Source: Octopus sinensis
Lineage: Eukaryota
DNA: 64,000 nt
Reading direction: 5' to 3'
NCBI RefSeq assembly: GCF_006345805.1
Contig: NC_043000.1
Coordinates: 125,984,001-126,048,000, forward strand
The position numbers and the translations under genes were made by a program. Shown here in pieces: positions 37,233 through 50,800 of the stretch. The notes beneath the pieces were generated by a model. It did not search any database and was not told where the DNA came from. It was given only the letters and a program-made list of their open reading frames with translations. The number at the start of each line of letters is the position of its first letter. Within the stretch, counting starts at the first letter, position 1.

Positions 37233-38818
37233 AGATACTGGTGTGACAGGCTGGATCTGGCCTATATGAAAAAAAAATGGGTTGAATATCTGAGCTGGAT
37301 ATGGTTGGTTTAAATGCTAAAAGCTATACAATTTGAAAATACCTCAATAACCTCCCTACTAAAATAATGCTTAATCAGTGGTGATCTAATGCCAGAGCTA
37401 TTAAAGAAGTTTGTTTTATAAAGGGGGAAAAAAAGTAGTGGGGCCGGGGCTTAGAAACTGATAAAACCTCTAGTATAGATTATATTGCAGATGGTTTTAT
37501 CTGGAATACAAGCTGGTGGTTTGGTAACTAATATGAGAAGTGTATTTCCAAAATAGGTGTTCTTTAACCATTGTAAAAGATGATTACCACAGATTGATTT
37601 AATTTTGTGTTGAGCCATGAACTTGATTTCTTGAATCAGGAGTTGTAATATGTTAGAACTGTAAGGGACTTAGTGTGTGATGTCTACTGGTGCCTAATGT
37701 ATGGCGGGCTCATATCCAAGGAAAGCTAAGGTGAAAGCAAGACTGTTATTTCTCAGAATCAGCAAGGCTTTTTACTGAGTAGGATTAAGTCAAACAATTG
37801 TTTGAACACAACTCTTGTGGATTACGTCTTGTATTGGTTTCCTATCTGGGATAATGCAACCATTACTGACTTTCATGACTATATTCAAAAGAAAGTAATT
37901 TTTCTGATCAGTAATCTTTTCCTATATTTCCTGATTCTGACCCAGTCATTGTATGGCTTCATCTTCTCTCCCTTTCTCTCTCTCTTTCTCTACTTTAATA
38001 GTGGACTTTTACAAACATCGGTTTGTTCCTCTTCATGTAGTTAGCTTTCTATTTCTTATTTCCATTGTTACATTTATGTTTTTTAAGCTCCATTGCACAT
38101 ATTACATCCAATCCTTCCTTCTGCGAACAGCAACTCTCTGAAAATCCATTCCCACCCCTATCTTCCAACAAAACATTAATGCAGAATTCTTTAAGCACCA
38201 TGCATCCACCCCTACCTCACTCTTCTAATCACATCCTGCTTCCCAGTATTTTTGTCTCATAATTGACAATAAAAGAAAACATTCTGTGTAACATTATTCA
38301 AATTTTACTTGAAATTTTTCCATAATAAATTTAAATGACTTATTGTATTTTTTTTATATTTTGAAATTTTTAAGTAAAAATAATAAATTTCAAAACATTG
38401 TCTTTTGTTGAAAATTAGACATAAAACTGATAGTTTGGGTGATGATATGTTGCTAGGAAAACAGATAAACGTACTCCAAATTGAATAATTAGTATACAAT
38501 TCTTGTTTAGTTTAATTTTTTTCTATTTGAAACCTTTTAATAGCCTAATTAAAATTCATATCATTTAAGCTTACATAATAATTTTTAAAGTAAAAGGTGG
38601 TGGTGATGTCACAAAGAGGTGAACTAGCTGTATTATAGTATTAGGTTTATTATCATACTATTCTGTCTGTAGAATAATTATCATGAGTGTTTCAGGTATT
38701 GATTCCACTTCGAAAATCTCTGGATATATATATATATATAGTCATATTTATTCATATGAGATACATATTTGTATCTATGTGAAAAGATATTTAATTATTA
38801 TTTCTATTTTGTTTCTAG

Positions 38819-38973
38819 GACTTTAAAGTTTGTGTGACTGAAGAATTCATTGAACATGCCTCCGAAGGAGCCCTTTCCATTGAGGTTTGGGGCCATCGAA
38901 GTCCTGGCTTCAGCAACAATAATACCTGGGATCCTGATAACAGGCAAGCTAGATCTCGTTCTTTATTAGACAG
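38819..38973 (+). CDS. KIF13: KIF13 coding exon 6 (DFKVCVTEEFIEHASEGALSIEVWGHRSPGFSNNNTWDPDNRQARSRSLLDR)
   Basis: Acceptor gtttctag|GAC, donor AG|gtaagt, phase 0/2. Matches VTEEFLEFISDGALAIEVWGHR. Confidence 0.95.
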
Positions 38974-40112
38974 GTAAGTTGTAACGCCAGTTATTTACTG
39001 TTTATGTTGTTGTAAAAAGGTAAAAGTAAAGGCATGTGTCCTAGTTATTGAGGTGTTGCCCTCATGATCACAAGATTGTGGTTTCAATTCCTGGACTGGG
39101 GACTGCTTTGTGTTTTTGAATGAAGCACTTCATTTCATGTTGCTCTCGCCCACTAAGCTGTAAATTGGTGGCCCTGCAACAGGCTCATGTCTCTTTCAGG
39201 GAAATGTTATGATCTGGTCACTTATATGTCACAGAAATCAGGCAACCATCCCCTATGAGTCCCAGGACTCTGGACAGTAATGCCCTGGGACTACCTTACT
39301 TATGTTGCTGTAACTTTTCACTCTATTCTCAAGTTCATATTTGACCAGAATTGATTTTGTTTTTCTTCAGTCCAGAACAAATGAAATATATATCTTTTAT
39401 TTATTCTATCTGATTCAGCTGTACTCCTGTTTTGGTGTCATATACAGAAATCAATTTTTACCTACTAAACACTAAATATTCAATAGATTCTTTCATATAA
39501 CATCATTTGTTGACTATTTTCTAGTCAATACACATTTCTAAATAAATCCTTCTTATCAACATTGTTGGCAATCAACACACAGTATGGTGACTAACATTGA
39601 ATGATATTCTGCAATATTTCCAGAATTTCATAAACTTGGACTGCATTGTTTCAAACTCTGTTTAGACGTAAATGTTTTAATCAATATTTTTAATATTCTC
39701 TCACATTATTGTTTCACATTCATTAGTAAACAAACTTTTTCCAGTATTTTTTTAACAAAATATACTACTCTATGCATCCGTATGGATGTAACTTCAATAA
39801 AAATAAACTTTGAATGAATTAACATATTTAAATGTATCCTTTATAATCAGTAGTTTTTATTCCATAAGTGAAAACCGATATGAATTTTTTTTTCCAATAT
39901 TAATTATTGAACTAAAATTTATTAGTTTCTTCTCAGTGTTGCTTCCTCGTTGTTCCATACCTGATTTTATGTTGGCACAGACCTTATATTTTATTACTCA
40001 ATCTTTCATTCAAAATAACAAGAATAAAAAAGAAAGAGTGGAAAGATACAATGATGGTGTTTGTTTATATATTTAATTGTTCTTTGTTTTTTGTTTTTGT
40101 TTTAATGAATAG

Positions 40113-40245
40113 GTGGAATGAGGTAATGCGAAAAATTGAATTCTGGGTTGAAGTTCATGAACTTAATGAACAGGGAGAATATACTCCAGTTGAAGTTGTG
40201 CCGAAGCCAGAAGTGCCTTCTGCTGGAGTCTTTCAACTTCGACAG
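40113..40245 (+). CDS. KIF13: KIF13 coding exon 7 (WNEVMRKIEFWVEVHELNEQGEYTPVEVVPKPEVPSAGVFQLRQ)
   Basis: Acceptor gaatag|G, donor CAG|gtaaaa, phase 2/0. Matches RWNEVTRRIEMW...ELNELGEY...GIFQLRQ. Confidence 0.96.
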
Positions 40246-41000
40246 GTAAAACAACTTGCATTTTGTTATAAATTTCATTTGTCTCTTTCAGTTTCTTATT
40301 TCTTTACTCCCCTCAAGGGGCTACACACTGAGGGGTCAAACAAGGACAGACAAACGGATTTAGCCGATTATATCGACCCCAGTGCGTAACTGGTACTTAT
40401 TTAATCGACCCCAAAAGGATGAAAGGTAAAGTCGACCTCGGCAGAATTTGAACTCAGAAAGTAGCAGCAGAAGAAATACAGCTAAGTATTTCGCCCAGCA
40501 TGCTAACATTTCTGCCAGCTCGCTGCCTTGAGCAGTTTATTTGTTTACTTGTTTCTGTTATGTCCGTGTTTTCCATGCTAGCATGGACCAGACAAATACT
40601 TATTACCTTGTACTTATTTTTAAGTCTGGTACTTAATTTAACAGTCACTCTTGCCAAACTGCTATGGTATGGAGGCAGAAACGGACTGGCACTGGTTGTC
40701 AAGCGACAGTGAAGGACAAAGATGCAGACACACACGTATACACATACACGATGGAGTTCCACACAGTTTCTGTCAAACAAATCCACACAAGACATTGATT
40801 GGTCCTGTGCTATAGTAGAAGACTCTTGCTCAAGATGCCACACAATGAGACTGAACCCAAAACAATATGGTTGCAAACTAAGTTCTTAAATCACACAGCC
40901 ATGCCATTGTCTAGTAATGTAACAGATTTTTCCTGTTACATTTGTGGTTATTTTGACATACCTTTTATAGACAGTGAGCTAGCAGAAAAGAAAACTGAAT

Positions 41001-41222
41001 TCCTTTAGTGCTTCAGCCAACTGTATTTGGCCCAAATATTCTACTTGTTTTATGTTCAAGCCAGCTAGATCTGACCTCTCTCACCTAGCCTACAATGTCA
41101 TTTTAAAAATAATCAATCACATTATCAAACTCTTGGAGCTACAAGATAATTCATGATAAATTCAAAACAACGAATAAATAAGCATTACATTGGACAGAAT
41201 AATCTGAATGCTAAAGGGTTAA
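41001..41222. mobile_element. piggyBac-like MITE family 1 copy
   Basis: cctttagtgcttcagcc...aatctgaatgctaaagggttaa; reverse complement of the 2172-2394 body. Confidence 0.7.
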
Positions 41223-43651
41223 AGTTGTCAACTTCAACCCTCCACTTTTTTTAGTTCAAACCTTACCAGCCACAACATTTCTCTCTTATAAAATGTCAAT
41301 ACATGAAATAAATATACTTATTGTAGTGGACTTGATTCAATTGATTATATCTCCCGCTCTCAACAATTGGCTTACTGCCTAATCAAAAGAATGTATAATA
41401 TTACACTGTGATCAAATATTAATGAAACCAAAAACATTGATAGATTAATGTTACATGAGTGTAAGAGACAGTTTGAAAGACTCTAAAATAGAAGAAACAG
41501 TGAGAGGTTTCACATTAGAAAGGTGGTATATTTACTATATCATTGTAAGGAATTAACAAGATGTAATGATAGAGGTTTCAAACCCTATAGGTCTCTGCAT
41601 TTAATAGGTGTGAATTAAAACATAGTGCTTTTTCAGTTTGTTATTAAAACAAGAAACTGAGTGATACTGATTATGTATTCTTAATGAAGTTGTTAATGAA
41701 ATATAACTGATATTTTATTTTTTACTTGTTTGTCATTGGACTGTGGCCTTGCTAGGGCATTGCTTTGAAGGTTTTAGTCAAACAGATTAACCCCAGTACT
41801 TATTTTTTAAGTCTGGAAGTTTTGCTGACCTGCTAAGTTAATGGGATGTAAATAAACCAACACCAGATGTCAAGTGGGTGAGAGGGCAAACACAAATGCA
41901 CATACACACACACATATACAACAAGCTTTCTTCCACACAGTTCCCATTGACCAAATATATAGCACCATTCAAGTGTGGTCGATGCCAGTGCCGCCTGACT
42001 GGCTCTCATGCCGGTGATAGGTAAAAGGCACCCACTACACTCTCGAGGTGGTTGGCATTAGGAAGAGATTGGAACCTGATGCAGCCTCCTGGCTTACCAG
42101 TCGTCAGTCAAACCGTCCAACTCATGCCAGCATGGAAAACAGACATTAAAAGATGATGATAATGATGATCTATATGAGTTCTCTATTGCATTTAGTGGTT
42201 CTTATGTTGTTAATGTATGGTGCTGAGAAATTGTTCAATCCATCAACAAAAAGTTTTCATTTTTAATACAATTCAAATTCAACTTGTTTTTTTTTCCTTC
42301 CTCTAATGTAACAGTCACTGTTACAAACACTGCAATGTTTATATAACTGAATTTAGCAGAATTTCAATTATTTTTTAATGGAAAAATATCCTATAGTGTT
42401 TGTGTGTAGCAAAATGTAACAAAAGATTGTTTTGTATGTGTAAAATGAAAGAAATATATTCTCACAGCAAATATTTAATGATTGAAATTAATAACGTTTG
42501 GTGGAATAATGTAGAAATAAGTGGACTTTTAAACGAAACCTTCATTTTCATTTTTCTGAGTGGTTGCTAAATAAAATTTAAGTCACGAAGCTGAAAAATC
42601 ATATAACCAGTCTCAGTAATAACTGGATTTATAATCATGCTTAGAATTGGTCGGTCTGAAGGATTATTAATATTTTTATTTATTTTATTTTAATTTTATA
42701 CCAAATTTAAGATTCATGCCAAATAGGCATAAATTATCTTGTAGAATAAGAATATTTATGTAAAGTAACTTACCAATAAGTACCTTTTTTTTTTGTGTAT
42801 CATATAATAATAATAATAATGAAATTATTGTATACAGTGCTCAGGTGCACCACAACTTGTCAGAAAGTGCATATAAAGTACATGCAGTAATGTAAAAATG
42901 TCTGGAAAGCGAACGATGTATAAATAGGATTATGGAAAGTATACTCTTTTACTCTTTTACTTGTTTCAGTCATTTGACTGTGGCCATGCTGGAGCACCGC
43001 CTTTAGTCAAGCAAATCAACCCCAGGACTTATTCTTTGTAAGCCTAGTACTTATTCTATCGGTCTCGTTTGCCGAACTGCTAAGTTACAGGGACATAAAA
43101 ACACCAGCATCGGTTGTCAAGCGATGTTGGGGGGACAAACACAGACACACAAACATATACACGTACATATATATATATATACGACGGGCTTCTTTCAGTT
43201 CCTGTCTACCAAATCCACTCACAAGGCTTTGGTCGGCCCGAGTCTATAGTAGAAGACGCTTGCCCAATGTGCCACGCAGTGGGACTGAACCCGGAACCAT
43301 GTGGTTGGTAAGCAAGCTACTTACCACACAGCCACTCCTATGCCTACTTGTATGATGACACTGAATAAAGAAAATAAACCATTTTCTTATTATATTTATG
43401 TTAAAACACACTTTAAGGTGGTGAGCTGGCAGAGTTGTTAGGATATCAAGTAAAATGCTTAGCAGTATTTCATCCGTCATTACATTCTGAGTTCAAATTC
43501 CACTGAGATCGATTTTGCCTTTAATCCCTTTCAGGTGCAATAAAATAAGTACTGGGTGCAATAAAGTAGAGCACTGGGATTGATGTCATCAACTTACTTC
43601 CTCCCTCACCCCTGAAATTGCTGGCCTTGTGCTAAAATTTGAAACCAATAT

Positions 43652-43854
43652 CTCTTAAAATACACTGTCTTTGTTTCAATTCATTTTGAAAATAAGGAAG
43701 AATTTGGTAAAATAAGTTTATCCTTAATCTGGTGTTTGGAACATTAATAAACAAGAAGTTTTGATGGGTGGTTTTAATGTAAATTGCCATAAAATATAAA
43801 GTTGGTGTCATAGAAACAAAGGTGGTCTTAGGCAATTGGTATCAAACGAGTTAA
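43652..43854. mobile_element. TTAA-flanked MITE family 2 (opposite orientation to the split copy at 46099-46657)
   Basis: Ends ggcaattggtatcaaacgagttaa. Its reverse complement matches aaccttttggtaccaacc...atatggtaacaaaagagttaa at 46099-46657. Confidence 0.6.
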
Positions 43855-43922
43855 AGCAGTTTTTCATATAAATTTTTGTAATATTACTTTTTACTAAGAA
43901 TATTATAATGGAAGTTGAACAC

Positions 43923-44303
43923 AGGCGCAGGAGTGGCTGTGTGGTAAGTAGCTTGCTTACCAACCACATGGTTCCGGGTTCAGTTCCACCGTGTGACACC
44001 TTGGGCAAAGAGTCTTCTACTATAGCCTCGTGCCGACCAAAGCCTTGTGAGTGGATTTGGTTGACAGAAACTAAAAGAAGCCCATCATGTATATGTATAT
44101 ATATGTATATGTTTGTGTGTCTGTGTTTGTTCCCCCACCATCGCTTAACAACCGATGCTGGTGTGTTTATGTCCCCATAACTTAGCAGTTCGGCAAAAGT
44201 GACTGATAGAATAAGTACTAAGCTTACAAAGAATAAGATTTGCTCGACTAAAAGGTGGTGCTCCAGCATGGCCGCAGTCAAATGACTGAAACAAGTAAAA
44301 GAG
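43923..44303 (+). mobile_element. tRNA-headed SINE family B (ggcgcaggagtggctgtgtggtaagtagcttgc...), near full length
   Basis: A-box-like tggctgtgtggtaag, B-box-like gggttcagttcc, tail ccagcatggccgcagtcaaatgactgaaacaagtaaaag. Other copies at 8575-8720, 12685-12850, 13495-13795, 26380-26725 (+) and 10745-10910, 40540-40905, 42945-43345, 48120-48275, 49470-49615, 62490-62640 (-). Confidence 0.8.
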
Positions 44304-45320
44304 ATACTTGATAGCAAAATTTTTTTAACCATTTGATAAACATTGCTTTTCTCACACTGTTTATAGCAGTCAGTATCTTGTTTAAATTGTGAAAGAATTT
44401 CTAAGTTTGATATCCATAATCAGTTTGTTAATGTCTCAGATACAAAATATTTTCAGATATTTTTTTTTTCATTTATTTGTTGCAGCAGTATTTTAGACAT
44501 TATTAGCACTATGAGTAAATTTTTAACTTCACTACATTATATACTAACCTTTACTCTTTTGTATTCTTCTTTATACCTACACTGGTTAATAAAACACGTA
44601 CAGTACTGATTTATTTGAAACGGAAGTATTGTACCTTACTATATAAATTAGAACTTACTAAAAATACTGTTTATAGCTGAAATTCTATTTCTAGGATTCA
44701 CTGAATATGGTATCAATTGAGAATTATTTGATTGAATTCTTATAGTTCCTGTTCAGTAGCCTGGCTAATTTGATTTCAATATATATTCTAGTTGTTGTGT
44801 CCGTAAGCAATTTCAATACAATTATTCTGTTTATGGGCTATGTTTATGAGATACTTTAATAAATTCAATTTTGCACCAACAAAGAAATTTCACTTTTCCA
44901 AAAAATAGTGAAATAGAGAACAAGGGACAGAGAGTATATCTACTTCTTGTTTTATTTTAGATCCTTCAAAAAAATTAAATTCTAATCTATGTTCCAGAAT
45001 GTTGGACAGTATTGCTGGATACTTATTTATCAGAGAAATGCTGTCAGCTATGTTTAAACTTAAACATTTTTTCAAAAAAATATTGTATTCAGCTTATTTC
45101 AATTACCTATCTAATTTCAGTGTTGTTTTGAAAGTATTAAATATTGATTAGTAATTAGCTGTAATTTTATCCTATATTTTAGATATCCAACTATTCTTTT
45201 GTTTTGTTTCTTTTTTCCTAAATTTCGATTACTCTTCTTTTCAATATGGCTGTTTCATTTCTTTTGTTTTCATTGAATTCAAAAATATTTACAATTTAAT
45301 TTACAGCAAAAATTTGAATG

Positions 45321-45375
<55 letters not shown>

Positions 45376-46190
45376 ACTTTGACTTCAAACTAGTTATTTT
45401 GTAGACACTTTGGCTAGGAGAGTGAATTTAGGCCACAATATACTCTACATCGCTACTTCTATGGATGACTTACTCTCCTAGCTAGTTGCTAGATATAATT
45501 TCATGGAACTTTCTGCAAAATATTTCTGTGGCACTGGGCCAATGAAATGTTTTGCAAATCATTATTGGATTGGAAGTGAATTTTGCAATTTCCTTGATAA
45601 TTTCACAAACAACTTCCTCAGAGAAAGTTTCATACACGTTTCAATTATAGAGGAGTTTGGACTATATTACTTCTTTTATTAGTGTTTAGATGGCTAATGA
45701 AAACATCGTACAGTTATTTTCTGGTTTAATATAAAGCTTGTTATTTCAGCTTTTAGTATTACAATTATAAACTTAAGAAAAATGATTTATTGTCACAACC
45801 TAATAAGCAAATTTTGAAACAAAAATACTTCTGAAGAAAATATGAATATATAATCAAGGATTTATGTGTGTAAGGAAATTATATGTTAATAAAGAAATGT
45901 CGGAAATTCATTGAAATCTATTGATAATGGTTTCTGATTTAGGCATACAGCCAGTAATTTTGAGGGGAGGGGGTAAATCAATGCCATCAACCTCAATATT
46001 TCACTGGTACTTATTTTAACAGCACTGAAAGGATGAATAGTAACGATGATCCAGCATTTTTTGTACTCTGATAGTGAGATTATAGAATACAAATTATTTA
46101 AACCTTTTGGTACCAACCCACCTGAGACTTCTCAAGGTTCAATGATGCAAACTATTTTGAAATAATTTAAATTATAACCTTCTTTCACAT

Positions 46191-46520
46191 AGTGAAGGTG
46201 CATGGCTCAGTGGTTAGAGCATCGGGTTCACAAACATGAGGTAGTGAGTTCAATTCCTGGACCAGGCTGTGTGTTATGTTCTCGAGCGAGACACTTTATT
46301 TCACATTAGTCCAGTTCACTCAGCTGTAGAAATGAGTTGTGATGTCACTGGTGCCAAGCTGTATCAGCCTTTGCCTTTCCTCAGAGAGGGGAGGCTGGTA
46401 TGCATGGGTGACCGCCAGTCTTCCATAAACAATCTTGTCCAGAGTTGTGCCTCAGAGGATAACCTTCTAGGTGCAATCTTATGGTCATTCATGACTGAAA
46501 GGGATCTCTTACACTTTTAC
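46191..46520 (+). mobile_element. tRNA-headed SINE family C nested inside a TTAA MITE
   Basis: A box tggctcagtggttag and B box gagttcaattcc. The host MITE halves at 46099-46190 and 46520-46657 rejoin into one element. Related copies at 4430-4650(-), 5820-6000(-), 31055-31265(-), 39030-39290(+). Confidence 0.75.
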
Positions 46521-46768
46521 ATTACCATATTAATTAATGTTACAAAACCCAGTTTAATAATGACAAAATTATTTTTTAATTAATTCTTCATTATTTTCAA
46601 AAATTTTTGAAACTAAAGTAGTGTATTTCAAGAGAGATATGGTAACAAAAGAGTTAAAGAATCCATACATGATGGTCAAAGATTGAAGAAATGATTTTAT
46701 TTCCTTTTTTTAAGAAATTGGTTTTATTTAATTTTTTAAGGAAATCATCTGTTATTCTCTTTGTACAG

Positions 46769-47012
46769 GGTCACTCCAGACGTGTGATGGTTCGTGTAAA
46801 ACCAGTGGCCAATTCTGGAACCTTACCACTGATCTGCGAATCTATTGTCTCTATTTCGATTGGATGTATTTGTGTCCGCTCTAAGCTACAAAAAGGCTTA
46901 GACAGCTACCAAGAAGAAGACCTCAATTTACTTGGAGAGCGTTGGTCTGATGCTCTAATGCGACGCAAGGCTTACCTTGCCGAACAGTTTCAGAAGCTTA
47001 TTAACAAACAAG
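46769..47012 (+). CDS. KIF13: KIF13 coding exon 8 (GHSRRVMVRVKPVANSGTLPLICESIVSISIGCICVRSKLQKGLDSYQEEDLNLLGERWSDALMRRKAYLAEQFQKLINKQ)
   Basis: Acceptor ttgtacag|GGT, donor G|gtaacc, phase 0/1. Matches GHSRRVQVTVKPV..SGTLPL...LDSYQEEDLN..RERWSDAL. Confidence 0.96.
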
Positions 47013-47340
47013 GTAACCATCTTTTTATTTTTTTTTTATCGCAATTAGAATTGTTCACTTTCAATATTGTTGTCTTTATCTTTTACTTTTTACTTGTTTT
47101 AGTCATTAGACTGTGGCCATGCTGGGGCACCACCTTGAAGAATTTTAGTCAAATGAATCAACCCCAGTACTTTTTTTTATATACTTTTAAGCTTGGAACT
47201 CAGTCTCTTTTGCTAGAACTCTAAGTTGCAGGAATGCAAATACACCAACACTAGTTGTCATGTGGTGATGGAAGATAAATACAGACACAAAGACATGCAC
47301 ACACAGGCACACACATACACACATTATTATTATTATTACT

Positions 47341-47899
47341 AAGTGAGAGAGCAGTGCATGCCATCAAAGTGACACTGGGGTAAAATATACAAAGCCCAGT
47401 ATACCCATCATTACTACTCGTCTGATAACGGTACACCAGGCACATGCATCACAACCATATGTGTGCAACATGGTGATCTCATATCAAGATAAACAGCACA
47501 TGACCTTGCAGGTGGGGCCCAGTTAGAATATTCTTCTGGTCGAGTAACCCATCTCACTCAAAAGGTCCCTGAATAAGGGTTGTTTAAGGATGTTGAACGA
47601 AACACCCATGTTTCCAGAGGTGAATTATTCAAACTCCAAAGAATCCCTCTCAACACATGGCTACGATGTTCCCCCCACTACTTCTGCCTGTGGTCAGAGA
47701 TGCACATATCATCAGCCACTAAGAGACATGCTCAACTGGTTACGGTTAAATAACTGACTAGCAAATCTGTGGTATTGAGCAGAATATTTGCTATAGCCCA
47801 TCTTTTATACCAAGACAAAAGAATGTACATGATAACACTTCCAATCAGTTAAGATCAGAAGCCATGAGAGCCACTGCCTGGTACTGCATCAGGGCATTT
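47341..47899 (-). mobile_element. ~560-bp (ATT)n-embedded element, full-length copy 2
   Basis: Same boundaries as copy 1 (gtgagagagcagtgcatgcc...atcagggcattt), flanked by attattatt. Confidence 0.8.
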
Positions 47900-50800
47900 A
47901 GTATTATTATTATTATTAAACAGTCCAACAACGGCTTAGCTAGCCAAAACTTCAAAGTCACTGTCAACAACATTCTTGATTAATAATAATAAATTTGTAT
48001 TCTACAGAAGTATAGAGTAACCCATCAGATTAATGTAAGATTGTTTTTATTATAACTGAACATAACAATAGACATTAATATATATAGTAATGCTATATAA
48101 TATATAATATGCACATACATGACTGGCTTCTTTCAGTTTCTTTCTACCAAATCCACTAACAAGTTTTTGATCAGCCTGAGGCTATAGCAAAAGCTACTTG
48201 CCCAAGGTGCCACACAGTGGGACTGAACCCAGACACATGTGATTGGGATGCAAATTTCTTACCACATAGCCATACCTCTTTACAAAAAGACAATAAATAA
48301 ATAAATACAATATTTAAAACAGTCTTCATTTATACATGCATCTAATGTGAAATCCAGATACTTTCTCAAGTTTTATAAATAAATTCTGCTTAGTGTTCAT
48401 TTCAATGAGATTTTTCCCTTTGATATTTTATCTGTATGATGAAGTGTAATTATGTGTTTAATACACTTTAGTTTCACCTAACTAAATCATACATCAAGTG
48501 TAAGATTCAGTTTAGCCAAGCATTAAACCGAACATTCTCTCATGAATAATTCAACACTGTGTGTGTCGTTGTGAAAGGTTTCCAATGTCTTGAGGTTGTA
48601 TTACTGGAACAAACCAACAAAGTAACCTTAAGTATTTTTGAGATTAAATAGAAATGAGACTTCACACTTAAGCATCATTAATTCTGATCTATGACTTCTA
48701 AGAAAAGCAGTAAGTCAAATCATGGTTTTCTTTGTTCTGGTGTATAATGTGAGTGTAAGTGGATGGAATAATTTTATAAAACTGTTTGTATTATGTTAGT
48801 CCAAATTTACTTTTAACTCATTTGTGATTATATTTTTAACAAATTGGTTGCTTAATTGCTTCAATTAATCTTCAATATAATCATCACCTCTACTGTCGTT
48901 TTTTTGTCTGATTTTTTGCAAACTGGTAATAATTAGACAAAAATTAATTGAGACAGATTTTCCAGGACCAGATGCCCTTCTTGTTTCCAACCTTTGTTTT
49001 TCCAAGTATGGTATTTTTGTCCCATTAGTAAAATGTTTTGCACTACAGAACATCTTTTCACTGGAGAAAGAAGACATCATCTTTTAGTCAAACAGTGACC
49101 TGCCAAATTAACATTTACACTAACACACATACATGCACACACATACACAGAAATGAGCTGACCATTTCAAGATTATGATACATCCTCTAGAGGTGGAGAT
49201 AATTTTAATAAATCATGAATTTATGTTATATGGTATTTGATGTACCTGTATTTACGGTGTGTATGTATGCATATAAATATAATATGTTCAATGGATGCAG
49301 TCCGATGATTGCTTAGCTGGCCAAAACTTCAAAGTCACTATCAATAATATTCTTGTCTTAGAATAATAAATTTATGCTCTACAAAAATATAGAGTAACCC
49401 TTCAGATTAATGTGAAACTTGTTTTTATTATAAATGGACATAAACATACACACACACATACAGAGGACAAGCTTCCTTGCAATCTCCATCTACCAATTTC
49501 ACACTCAAAGAATTGACAGATGGCACCAGCTCACAGTGTCACACTGTGGAACTGAACTCAAAACCACATGGTTGCCAAGTTGCAAAGTGAACCTCATAAC
49601 CAGACAGCCATGTCTACAATATATTGCATTGTTGTGCAACTGAAATAATCTCATATTATTATTCATGTTATAATGAGATTTTAATTGAGATTTTAATTTA
49701 AATATGAATGTTAATATTAAAAGGTTAATTGTTGTCCTATATTTGATAATCTCTCTCATAATGTTGATTCCCTGCTTTATGTCAATTAAAGTAATTTGAT
49801 GATAAAAATCTTGAAGTTAAATATTCATTCCTTCCTAGATATTAGCTTTGGACAATGATATAGATTAATAGTATGGATTTAATCTGATACATCACATTTC
49901 AGATATAAGTATTGGCTTCAGCCATTTTACTAGATTCGTTACTCATTAGGTAGCTAATTGTTTAGACAAAATCTCTGTATTAAAATAATATCAAAAGAAT
50001 TGCCAAACTGCGACTTTCACTTATCATGCAAATTAAAATGTTGCCGCTATCAATATGAATATGACTGGCACTCAATGTTTCAAATGTCTAAATGTTTAAT
50101 TAATGTTAGAAATAAACCTATCAATACATTTTAATTATGTTAATTACAGATGTAGATGTCTTCTTCATATCAGTATCATTGATCAATATTTGTGCCAATG
50201 ACTGATGAGAAATAATCAATATAATACTATCTTTGTATCCTTCCCTATAAAATTATCAGTGAAGTCAGTGCATCAGTTTAAAACCATATTGAAAGACTTG
50301 AGTGTGTAATGTCATTTGGTGTTTCTGTTAATTTCTGGAAGTATCAGCTTTATTAACTTACTGAAAATTAGTACCAATTCTTAGATGAATGGCAACAAAG
50401 GAACTTTGACAAACAGACAACTGAATGCTTGTTTAACCAACTCATTAAAAAAAAATGATTGATTAGTTAGTTGGTTAGGTATTTAACCAATTGACTAACA
50501 ATAAAGAAGCAGGATTGAACCTGTGTGCATGTTTGATTGATTCTAGTTTCAGCTCACGAGCTGTGGCCATGCTGGGGCACCGCCATTTGGTGTTGCTACA
50601 TGGTTTTACTTCACGAATGCTTTTTAGCAACTGCCATTTGGTGCATGAGAGAGTTGTTATTATTGGTATAATGTTGTTATTATTGGTATAATGACTCTCC
50701 CAAGACGCAGCAAAATTTATTTCAACACATGGTTTCACATCAAGAATCTTGCAGACCAAATACAAAATGGAAGTTTAGAAATGTTGCTGCTGTTTAACTC

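Noticed and set aside
43808-44332. 174-aa and 90-aa ORFs over SINE-B; likewise 8724-9167 and 10077-10430
   Set aside because: Chance open frames in non-coding SINE or LINE-UTR sequence
45470-45670. Minus-strand tatagtccaaactcctctataattgaaac, resembling a pogo/Tigger TIR
   Set aside because: No matching second TIR or second copy found in the window
50195-50215. CTGATGA-GAAA, resembling a hammerhead ribozyme core
   Set aside because: No room for stem II and no flanking stems I/III. Other ctgatga/ctgataa hits, including one in the 560-bp element, lack the GAAA half
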